Origin: Emiliania huxleyi CCMP1516
Taxonomy: Eukaryota
Direction of reading: 5' to 3'
Assembly: GCF_000372725.1 (NCBI RefSeq)
Contig: NW_005201113.1
Span: 169,178-189,177, forward strand
DNA: 20,000 bases
Within the stretch, counting starts at the first letter, position 1, and every line of letters starts with the position of its first letter. The notes below the pieces were generated by a model that searched no databases, had not been told where the DNA came from, and worked only from the letters and a program-made list of their open reading frames with translations. Shown here piece by piece: positions 5,775-14,577 of the stretch. The translations under genes and the position numbers were made by a program.

Positions 5775-8700
5775 AGCTTCGGGTGCGCGGGGTTTGGCGC
5801 AACCCGCGCGATGCCGGCGACTCTCTCGCGGCAGAGCGGGCAGACGCGCGGCCGCAGCTTCCAGCACCGCTCGGCGCACGCGTAGCAGATGCCTCCGTGC
5901 CCGCAGTGCAGCAGCACCGCCTCGCGCGGCCCCGTGAAACAGATCCAGCAGTGGTCGCCCCCCGTCTCGGAGCCGGAGCCGGAGCCGCCATCCGCAGACC
6001 CCGCCTCGCTCCTCGACTCGCTTAACGCCACCGCCCCCCCGCCGCCGCTGCCCGCGCCGCCTCCGCCGAGGAGGGGAGCGCCTCCGAACAGCGCCGCGTC
6101 CGCGCCTCGCGCCGAGAGCGGCTGGTCGTCGATCGAGATTGCAATCTGGCCCGACGAGATTGCAACCTCGTTCGAGAGCTCGCCGCACGAAGCGGAGAGC
6201 AGCGGCGCGGAGGCGGAGGCGGAGGCGGAGGCGGAGGCGGAGGCGGCGGAGGCGGGCATGGCCGAGGCAGTCGCGGCTGCCGCCGCATCCGCCGACTCCG
6301 CGGAGAGCGGCGCTGCAGGTAGGGGCGGATCCGGCGGCGGCGGCGGCGACGGCGCGCAGCGGGGAGCAGCTCGACCGAGCTCGGCTTCGTCGTCGTCGTC
6401 GGCGCACGCCTGACCTCGGGCGATCTCGGGTGATCTCAAGCGATCTCGGGTGATCTCGGGTGATCTCGGGTGATCGCTCCCTCCCCCTCGCGCCTGAACG
6501 CCTCTTGCGAGCGCTGGCAATCTCCCCCCTCCCCCCTCTCTCCCCCTCTCCCCGGCGCGCACCTCCTGCGACCGCTGCTCGCACGGCATCTCCCCCCCCC
6601 TCTCTCCCTCTCTCCCTCTCCCCCTCTCCCCGGCGCGCACCTCCTGCGACCGCTGCTCGCACGGCGCGACCAAGCAGGCCGAGTGCTCCGGCGGTGCGAA
6701 CTGGCGCTCGAGCGGCCCCTGCACGACGCGGAAGAGCGTCGACGACTCGCGGACGAACATCCAAGGGAGGTCCTCGAGCGGCGGCTCGTCGTCCGCCTAG
6801 GAGAAGGTTCCGAGAAGCTTCGTGGAGAGCTCCGAGAAAAGAGGTCCTCGAGCGGCGGCTCGTCGTCCGCCTCCACATCAGCGTCGGTGGCGGCGCGGAC
6901 GGCGCGGCGGGAGAGGGAGACGGCCATGAAGAAGACGGCGCCGGTCATCACGGTGAGCAGCAGCAGCAGGGCGGTGATGTAGGGCAGCATAATCGCCTCC
7001 GCGGAGATCAGCCGGTCGCCGTCCAGCCACGCCGTCAGCCGCACCAGGAAAGTGAGGGCGGGCACAAACAGCGCGACGGTCAGCGAGAAGAGGAAGAGGA
7101 GCAGCGCCGCCAGCGGCGTGACCACGCAGCGGCGCAGCAGCATCGGCAGCCCGCAGCAGGCGGCGAAGCACAGCGTGAAGCCGAGCAGCGCACCGAAGAG
7201 GTAGACGGGCCAGAAGAGCGACGCCCACGTGACGCGGTCGTAGTTGTACGCGCCTACGTGCTGAATACGCCAACCTCGGGGCGGGAGGACGGCAGTGTGC
7301 TGGGTGTTCAGAGCACCGCGTGAGTACAACGGAGAAGAGTACAGTGAATACAGCGGAATACGGTCTAATAAGGCTGAATCCGTGTCCTCTCGAGCGCTGG
7401 TTGGGAGACATGAACGCGTGTTCCGCTTCTAGTTGTACGCGCCGTCCAGCTTGAAGGAGACAACCATCCAGAGCACATGCAGCGCGGAGAAGGGGAAGCC
7501 GGGGCGCCGGTTGCGGACGTCGGGCTCCTTCGCAAAGTGGAACATGGCCTGCGTGGGAGAGATGGGGAGAGATGGGGAGAGATGGGGAGAGATGGGGAGA
7601 GATGGGGAGAGATGGGGAGAGATGGGGAGAGATGGGGAGAGATGGGGAGAGATGGGGAGAGATGAGGAGAGATGGGGAGAGATGGGGAGAGATGGGGAGA
7701 GATGGGGAGAGATGGGGAGAGATGGGGAGAGATGGGGAGAGATGGGGAGAGATGGGGAGAGATGGCTCCATTGCGATGTGGGACATGGCCTGCAGCCCGG
7801 CGCCGGCGTAGACTGGCCAGAACGCGCGGCACCACGAGCCTACGGGGGAGATATGGGGAGATGTGGGGAGATATGGGGAGATATGGGGAGATGTGGGGAG
7901 ATGTGGGGAGATATGGAGCGCCGAGCGTCACGAGCCTACGTGCTGAAGACACCGACATCGAGGCGGGAGGACGGTATCGTGCAGAGCCGTCTTTAGAGGA
8001 TGCGAGGGCTGCGAATACACTTGACTACCGCGGGAGAGGGCGGAGGACGTGTCCTCTCGAGCGCTGGTAGGAGTGCAAGGAGCGGCGTCTCCTCTAGCGC
8101 CACACGCCTCTCCCCGACTCGAGGCGGAGGAGCAAGTTGATCTTGAAGATGATCGAGAGCACGGTCTGCGTGAGCGCGTTCCAGTGGCCGAGCCGTGTGT
8201 TGCGGTGCGAGCCGCCTGCTCCGACAGAAGGGGAGGGGCGGGGGAGAGGGGGGGGAGGGAGGGAGCGATGGCGAGAGAGTCTTGTGAGGGTGGGTGTGGT
8301 GCCAGCTGCACAACCCCGGTCCCCTCTCAGACTTGCATGTGGCGGCAGTCCCTCGATCACAAGCCCCTGTCCCACGAATCCCTCCCCCCCCCTCCCCCCT
8401 ACCGCCGTTGCATGTGGCCGACGCTCAATCACGGGGCTCACTGCCTGGTGTCGCGTGCCACGCTGCGTGCTTGCGATTCTTCGCGGCAATTGACGGCGGC
8501 GGCGCGAGTGACTGTGTCCGAGTGTGTGTTGAGAGAGCAAGGGGAAGAGGCGAGAGAGGGCGTGCGATGGCGCACCCGCGTAGCGCTCCTCAAACGCCTT
8601 CCACTTGAGGGTGAGGAGCAGCGCAAATATGACGTGCCCTGTGCGCGAGCGAACCGGGCGGCGCAGACGCGTCGGTCGGCTGTGCGTCCCGTCGGCGCGG

Positions 8701-8896
8701 AGGTGCGAGGGGGGGGCGGGGGCAGAGATGAACCACGGCGGAGCGGCGGGTGGAAGAGACGCTACCAGAGGTGTGCGTGGCGCTCAGTTGCAAGCGCATC
8801 GGGAGTGTCTTGCACACCGACGACAGAGACGAGCGCTGGCGTCACGAGCCACGTGAGCTGGCGCGCGCTGCCGTGCGGGGTCGGAGGCGGCTGCAT
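5756..8896 (-). CDS. Multi-pass membrane protein (TMEM185/Fragile-X-F-like helices) with C-terminal C3HC4 RING finger, putative membrane E3 ubiquitin ligase. Phase-consistent exons (minus strand): 8576-8638, 8108-8215, 7790-7839, 7443-7548, 6871-7253, 6641-6796, 5756-6409; 5' exon(s) from ATG 8896 uncertain
   Basis: RING: CWICFTGPREAVLLHCGHGGICYACAERCWKLRPRVCPLCR (~5820-5950). The spliced product has repeated L[K/R]L[D/E]G...W...FWPVY transmembrane units (LLRLESGRGSWCRAFWPVY; SFKLDGAYNYDRVTWASLFWPVY; RLTAWLDGDRLIS). I checked all listed junctions by hand for GT/GC-AG ends and reading phase. An extra exon in 8216-8575 cannot be excluded. Confidence 0.82.
6415..6475. repeat. Intronic 10-bp tandem repeat ([T/C]GATCTCGGG, ~6 copies) next to the acceptor of intron 6410-6640
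   Basis: Read directly from the sequence. Confidence 0.9.
7561..7760. repeat. Intronic 10-bp tandem repeat (GATGGGGAGA)x20 filling intron 7549-7789
   Basis: 20 consecutive units, one variant (GATGAGGAGA at 7661). Confidence 0.97.
7845..7916. repeat. Intronic 10-bp tandem repeat (AT[A/G]TGGGGAG, 6 full copies plus partials)
   Basis: Read directly from the sequence; lies within 7840-7935. Confidence 0.92.
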
Positions 8897-9214
8897 GGCG
8901 GCGCCGCCTACCGGGCAGCCAACCACGGGTGGGTCCGAGCAGTTCAGCCTAGACCGGAGCTCACGCGGGCGGCCGCCGAAGGCGTTCGATCGGCCGGCCG
9001 GAGACGAGAGTATGTGCTTGGGACGCGAAGAAAGAAAAACGTGCAGCGAACCTCAGGAAGCTCTATAAAATGAACTCGGGGGCACAGGACGCGGCACAAA
9101 CGGGGAGCTCTTGCGGCTTGCGGGCAGAGAGAGAACGCAAAAAAAGAAAACTTTTTGCTGTCCAACTCGCGTCAGGGGGGTCTCCAACAGCTCGCGCGAA
9201 CACAACTTCGCACG

Positions 9215-10228
9215 ATGTCTGCCGCCTCAAGCATCGATCTCACCGGCGACGAGCCTTTTGGGGAAGGTACTTACCTCCTTATCAGCGATTGCCGGCGTCA
9301 CTCATATATTGGAGCGACGACGGACGTCGAAGCGCGCGTGCGCGAACACAACGGTGGGCGCGGAGCCAAATACACGCGGGAAAACTGCGCCGGCCGCTGG
9401 CGGCTCGCGCGTTTCTGGAAGACAGCAGGGTGCGGCGACTCGGCCGAGAGTCGGTGGCGAGCCACGCTCAGCCTGGAGCACAGGCTAAAGGAGAGCTGCG
9501 GCTGGCGGCGATACCACGGACGTGGAACCCTGATGGCGGAGGGAGGCTTCCCGTGCGATTTGATGGGGGAGAGGCTGCCGGCGTTGCGGCAATGTTGGGC
9601 GTTCTGCCACGCTTGCGCCGAGGAGGGGGTGCCTCACTACCTGTTTGCTGTCGATGGCACCGGCGCGCCGGTTGCGGGCGACGGCGTGCCGCCGCCGCCG
9701 CTCCCGGGCCCTGGCGACGGAACGAAGATGTGCTGCTTGGGGCGCTGCCTGGAGAGGGGCGCTGCCTGGAGGGACCGGGATGGCTTCTCATCTGAGATGA
9801 AAAGGGGCAACTACGGCTTGCGGGGATTGCCGCGCTGCACGAGATGCACTTGGTCGGGCGACCAGTCAGGCTATGTTGCGCGGTGTGAGCGGCGGATCGC
9901 CAAGAACCGCGCGGGCGACAGCAGTGGGGAGGAGGAGGGGGAGGAGCAGCAGGAGAGTCAGGGGAGTTTGCGCGAATTCATTACGCCCGACTCCTCCCAG
10001 GAGACGGACAGACAGGAGTCCGAGGAGGAGTCCGAGGTGGAGTCCGAGGTGGAGTCCGAGGAGGAGTCCGAGGAGGAGTCCGAGGAGGAGGAGGAGGGGG
10101 AGGGGGAGGGGGAGGGGGAGGGGGAGGGGGAGGGGGAGGAGGAGGAGCCGCGCACGCAACGCCTGTGGGGGGGGAAGCGCAGGCGCGTGATCCACTCCGA
10201 CTCTGAGTCTGAGTACGGCTTTAAGTGA
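9215..10228 (+). CDS. GIY-YIG endonuclease (SLX1/UPF0213-like catalytic domain) with Cys-rich putative zinc-binding region, acidic low-complexity tail and basic NLS-like motif
   Basis: First ATG at 9215. TYLLIS...SYIGATTDVEARVREHNGGRGAKYTR...W...LSLEHRLK (~9269-9490) retains the Tyr/Tyr/Arg/His/Glu pattern of this family. CWAFCHAC and CCLGRC..FS..RCTRC clusters follow, then an E/S/G-rich tail built on 12-bp and 6-bp repeats (~10016-10146) and KRRRV near the end. No introns are needed. Confidence 0.88.
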   Translation: MSAASSIDLTGDEPFGEGTYLLISDCRRHSYIGATTDVEARVREHNGGRGAKYTRENCAGRWRLARFWKTAGCGDSAESRWRATLSLEHRLKESCGWRRYHGRGTLMAEGGFPCDLMGERLPALRQCWAFCHACAEEGVPHYLFAVDGTGAPVAGDGVPPPPLPGPGDGTKMCCLGRCLERGAAWRDRDGFSSEMKRGNYGLRGLPRCTRCTWSGDQSGYVARCERRIAKNRAGDSSGEEEGEEQQESQGSLREFITPDSSQETDRQESEEESEVESEVESEEESEEESEEEEEGEGEGEGEGEGEGEEEEPRTQRLWGGKRRRVIHSDSESEYGFK

Positions 10229-10373
10229 AGCCGAGCACGTTTTCTCTCGTCTTTACCTCTTTCGGGTGTGCGGTCGGTGGGGTTCTCTTTTGAAAAGTCC
10301 GCGTCCCGAGTCTACTTATATGCATTTTACGCCAAGCATGCTGACGTATATAGTGATTAGTGTGTCGGAGGCG

Positions 10374-12490
10374 ACCGTAAAGAATTTTACGACACGCACT
10401 CGCACGACGACATATGCACACACAGGGGAGCTCGATAAACTCGAGGGGCCAAATTATGCCGCGAGGAGGGCGGAGTTACGCAGAGCGGCGAGAGAAGCAG
10501 CGAGAGCAAGGCAGACGGCAGCGGCGTCTCAGAACGAGGCCGAGGAGAGCGATGAGTCAGAGGATGAAACAGCAGGGGAGAGAACGAGGAGCGACGAGAG
10601 TGAGAAGAACGAGAGGTGGCATGAAGGTCGCTGCGAGAATTGGTGAGAAACTGCGAAGAGAGATAGGAAGTGGTAGACGCCCGAGGGTGGGCGACGGCTA
10701 GCAGTAGCACCACACTCCTCTCCTTAAAAATCCCTGAGGGAGGGTGTAGAGGATGTAGAGTGTAGAGCGCTGTAGAGCTGTAGAGATGTAGAGCGCTCTG
10801 GAGCGCTGTAGAGCTGTAGAGCTCTACATCCGCCGCGTGACGAGGCGCCTGCGTTGTAGAGCGATGTAGAGCGCGATTTTGTTGTAGAGTTTGTTGTAGA
10901 GGCTCTACAGCCAAACCGCCGGGAAGGCAGTGACTCAAAGAGGTCGAGCCGCGCTAATGGGGTTTTACCGAGCTTAGTGAAGCTCTGATGGACAGCCCTG
11001 ACTATCCCTGACACACAGAGAGTCCCTCTGACGGCACACAACACCCTATAACTGCGTCATGACCAGCCTGCCATGTGTCGCCGGTGCCGCATTCGTCGCT
11101 GTGCTTCTTTAGCAGGCGGTGGACTGTCGGCTGCGAGGACGGTCGCATTTGCGCGAGGCGAGGCGAGCATTCAGACGCCTTATCTGCGCCATGACTCGCG
11201 CCAGCGCGTGCGGGAGCTCCTGGCTGAGCGTTGAGTCCAGGCGAGTTGCGCTGGCCACGATCGCTACGCCGAGCCGAGCTGACGCGCCGAGGCGCCGGCC
11301 AGTCGCAGCCGTGAGGCATGCCACAGCAGCAGAGGCATCTGCCACCCATTGGGCGGGCAGACAGAAGGCCAGGGCAGCACTGGCAAGTGCAACGCGCCTC
11401 ATGTCGGAGAGCGACCGTGCCTCGTTCGCCGCTTATGATGTAGAGTTTGTTGTAGAGATTTCACGTTGTAGAGCGCCTCTACATCGCTCTACAACGCAGG
11501 CGCCTCGTCACGCGGCGGATGTAGAGCTCTACAGCTCTACAGCGCTCTACATCTCTACAGCTCTACAGTGCTCTACACTCTACATCCTCTACACCCTCCC
11601 TCAGAAAAATCCCTGTGTGGTGGCGGCGTGCCGTCCTCCCATCCCTCCCTTGGGTTGTCACTTGTCTGTTTTCTTTTTCTTTCTTTCTGCACACACACAC
11701 ACACATACACACACTCCTACCTCCCCAGAAATCCCGAGGAGGCGCACAGCGACTAGAATCTAGATATGTCTTGTGTTGCTGTGTGCTGCACGCCCTGCGA
11801 GCGGGGCGGGGTGCGCACTGTCCCTCTGTGTTCGTGTGCGTCGCCCATCTCTCCCTGGAGAACAAACTGGTATTGCTAAAAATCTCTCTCTCTCCCTGGA
11901 GATGACTGCGCTATTTATTTATTTATTGCCGCGAGGAGGGCAGAGTAGTTGCGCCGAAAGGCGGGAGAAGCCACGAGAGCTAGGGATCGGCAGGCGGCGG
12001 CGGCGTCGCATTGTACTAAAATTCTGTATCGGTGTACCTGTGTTAGTGCCAGTGCGCGCCAGGTCGGGGCCGCGCTGAAAATTCTTTATCGGTCCCGTGC
12101 CCAGTGTTGTGCGAGGGAGTTTTGTTGTAAAATTCTTTATCGGTCGTGATACGTGAATGAGCTTGCCTGTGGCGGGGGTGGGCGGGTGCACGGAGCTAAG
12201 TGCCTCGCCACCCTCGCAGGAGTCGCTTAGGCGGCTCCCGTGGTGTACCTGTGTTAGTGCCAGTGCGCGCCAGTCCCGTGCCCAGAAAAAAGAAAGAAAA
12301 CAGACAACCCAAGGGAGGGATGGGAGGACGGCACGCCGCCACCACACAGGGATTTTAAGGAGAGGTGTGTGGTGCGCTAGCCGTCGCCCACCCTAGGGAG
12401 TCTGCCTCTTCCTATCTCTCTTCGCAGTCTCTCTCCGACTCTCGCTGCAACCTTCATGCCCAGTGTTGTGCGAGAAAATTCTTTATCGGT
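10374..12490. repeat. Modular repeat region hosting the TIR element: a diverged ~180-bp inverted duplication (10618-10733 + 11613-11689 versus 12282-12460) and a recurring AAAATTCTTTATCGGT motif
   Basis: The motif occurs at 12018 (one mismatch), 12078, 12129 and 12475, and inverted with a 1-bp deletion at 10374-10388. GGTGTACCTGTGTTAGTGCCAGTGCGCGCCAG occurs at 12031 and 12242. A diverged direct repeat starting TGCCGCGAGGAGGGC occurs at ~10457 and ~11927. Confidence 0.75.
10734..11604. mobile_element. Non-autonomous DNA transposon, 871 bp, long TIRs (10734-10871 / 11477-11604) built from TGTAGAG units, 8-bp TSD AAAAATCC
   Basis: Begins CTGAGGGAGGGTGTAGAGG and ends CCTCTACACCCTCCCTCAG. The TIRs differ by one substitution and one 10-bp indel. 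AAAAATCC is at 10726-10733 and 11605-11612. An uninterrupted paralogous site is at 12341-12360 (reverse strand CCTTAAAATCCCTGTGTGGT). Confidence 0.93.
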
Positions 12491-12511
12491 TGCCCGCCGA
12501 GCGCCGACGCG

Positions 12512-13845
12512 ATGGAGAGGCTCGTCCCCGAGAAGGGCGAGAAGGGCGGAGAGGAGAGCGCCTCGACCGTCGCCGCTCTGCCCGCCTCGATGGTTCGTCG
12601 GTTCGAGGTCCTCTCCGCAGTCGTGGCCTTCATGGCGGCGAGCGCGGGAATGATGATCGTCAATAAGCTCGTGATGCGAGGCTCCCACCTGCCCATCACC
12701 ATCGTCATCATCCAGATGCTCTTCACCGTCGTGACGATCGTCGTCGTGCCGGGCATGCGCAGGGCGATTCGCTTTGGGTCGGCACGAGACGTGTGGCGCT
12801 GGACCCGCGCCGTGCCGCCCCTCTTTGCCTTGATGCTCTCGACGTCGATGCTCGCGCTTGATCACGCCACCATGGGCGCGTTTATCGTCGTGCGAAACCT
12901 TGCACCCGTGCCTGCTCTTCTCTCCGAGGCGTTTATTGACCGCTCGCTAAAGATCGACCTGCAAACAATGCTCGCGATGGCCCTCTCTCTCGCCGGCGTG
13001 ATCCTCTACGCACGGAACGACCTGCACTCGTCGCCTCTCGGCTTCCTCTTCATGGGCATCAACCTGTGCGCCGCCGTGCTCGAGCGCCTCGTCCAGCGCA
13101 CCCTCATCGCACTCGACCCGATCGACGTCTCCAAGCAGGTGAGGGATACGGGTGGAGGTAGAGGTTAGGCTCGTTCACCGCTGACTCCATCTCGCCCGGG
13201 CAGGGCATGATGATGATCAACAACGGCGTGGGCGCACTGCTGCTCGTCCCGCTTGCCCTCTCGCCGACGCGCTTCGGCGAGCTTGGTCACGTGCACGAGA
13301 TCGCAGCCTTTGACGCGAGGCAGTGGGCGCTGCTCCTCCTCAGCTGCATCAACGGCGTCGCCATCAGCTACGCCGCCATCCACCTCCAAAAGTTCGTCTC
13401 CGCCTCCACGCTGATGGTGCTCGCAAACAGCAACAAGTTTGCCGTCGTCGCCTTCGGCATCTTTGTCCTCGGCGAGTCGCGCTCGTGGCAGGCTGTGCTC
13501 GGCTGCGTGGTCGCCCTCTCGGGCGGCGTGTGGTACGCCAGCGCCCGCAGCGAGCTCGAGGCTGCAGGCGGGGAGGGCGCCGCCTCGGCCGCGAAGAGAT
13601 CTCCGGCGCGGCTCGTCCAGGCGGCCGCCGTCGCGGCGCTGCTACTCCTCGCGGTGAGCGGGTTCGGGATGCCCGCGGCGCCGGCGGGCGTGCCCCACAG
13701 GAATGCGGGCCAACGCCAGCGCCTAAGCGCGTCGCAGAATGCGACGACCCCGAAGCACGCGCGCCCTCGCACCCGCCCACACGGCTCGCCGCACGCTGCT
13801 GCAGGCGCACGCTGCTGCCGGGGCGGGCAGGCCTCCTCGCGCTGA
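12512..13845 (+). CDS. Nucleotide-sugar transporter (TPT/NST, DMT superfamily; GDP-sugar transporter-like); exons 12512-13138 and 13204-13845
   Basis: About 10 hydrophobic helices with AASAGMMIVNKLVM, IVIIQMLFT, FIVVRNLAP, SKQ|GMMMINN and VSASTLMVLANSNKF (position of the GxLNK motif of GDP-sugar transporters). A canonical 65-bp GT-AG intron at 13139-13203 joins the two ORFs in phase 0. The C-terminal end is less certain. Confidence 0.88.
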
Positions 13846-14577
13846 GGATGTGATGAGTGGATTTTCCGTCCGTAGGCCGCGGTTGAGCACGCCGCGGCGC
13901 TTTCGCTCTCGCTCGGGGCGCGAGACGCACGGCACTCTCACGTGGGTTTGGCACTATCTCGACAACAACACATCTCCCTATCTCGAGGCTTTGATTCTTA
14001 CGTCCCTCGCCCGCCAAGGCTTGGGTTCTGCTATAGAAGTACTTGTATGGTTGCTCACACCACTGTGGGGGGTATTGCATGTCGCATGTTGTGTTAAGTA
14101 CTGCCTCGCGTCGCTCGGCGTCGCCGGCCAGATCTCGCGCCACACGTGGTCTTCATTCGCGCTTTCGCTTCCGCCGCTTCGCCTTCGTCTCCTTGCTGCG
14201 CAGTGCAGGGTGATGGGTGTGCCGACGCGCCACGCCGGCGGGCCCGTGTGCCTCTCGCCGCCGCGTCCGGCGACGGCATCGATCCTGTCCGCTAAAACTA
14301 ATCTTCACCCCGCATACCACTTTCGCATACCACTCAAAAAACTAATCAAAATATCACCAAAATACCGGTCTCATACCGGTAAAGTTTGAGCACTGGGGAG
14401 GGAGCGCGCCGGCGCGCCGCGCCGGCCTCTCAGCTCTCTCTCAAAATAATATGAAATAAATGTTGTGTGCGCAAACACTGCCGAATGACTCACTGTCATC
14501 ACTGGGTTGTACTGGGCTGTGCGTGTGCCTCGGAGCACGGAGAATCCTCGCCCGCGCGGTAGTTTCTGGCTACGGCC

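Noticed and set aside
5226..7323. Arg/Ala-rich ORFs 5226-6878 (-) and 6460-7323 (+)
   Set aside because: Alternative frames or antisense of the spliced RING gene; low-complexity translation typical of high-GC DNA.
7561..7760. G-rich array as interstitial telomere
   Set aside because: Unit GATGGGGAGA does not match TTAGGG/TTTAGGG-type repeats and sits within a well-defined intron.
7365..8070. ORFs with ISPHLSPSLP / GEMGRDGERW peptide repeats
   Set aside because: Translations of intronic 10-bp tandem repeats; the flanking exons splice in phase without them.
10387..11763. ORFs sharing ELYSSTAL / LHRSTTQAPRHAADVE peptides as paralogous genes or a transposase
   Set aside because: They are translations of the two TIR arms; no DDE or other transposase motif is visible.
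1493..14305. AAAACTAATCTT shared by intergenic regions at ~1493 and ~14294
   Set aside because: Only about 12 bp with unrelated flanks; too short to define an element or boundary.
13739..14389. 216-aa plus-strand ORF and 259-aa minus-strand ORF (13364-14143) after the transporter
   Set aside because: No ATG start or recognisable domain, and no convincing splice link to the transporter; coding status cannot be supported.
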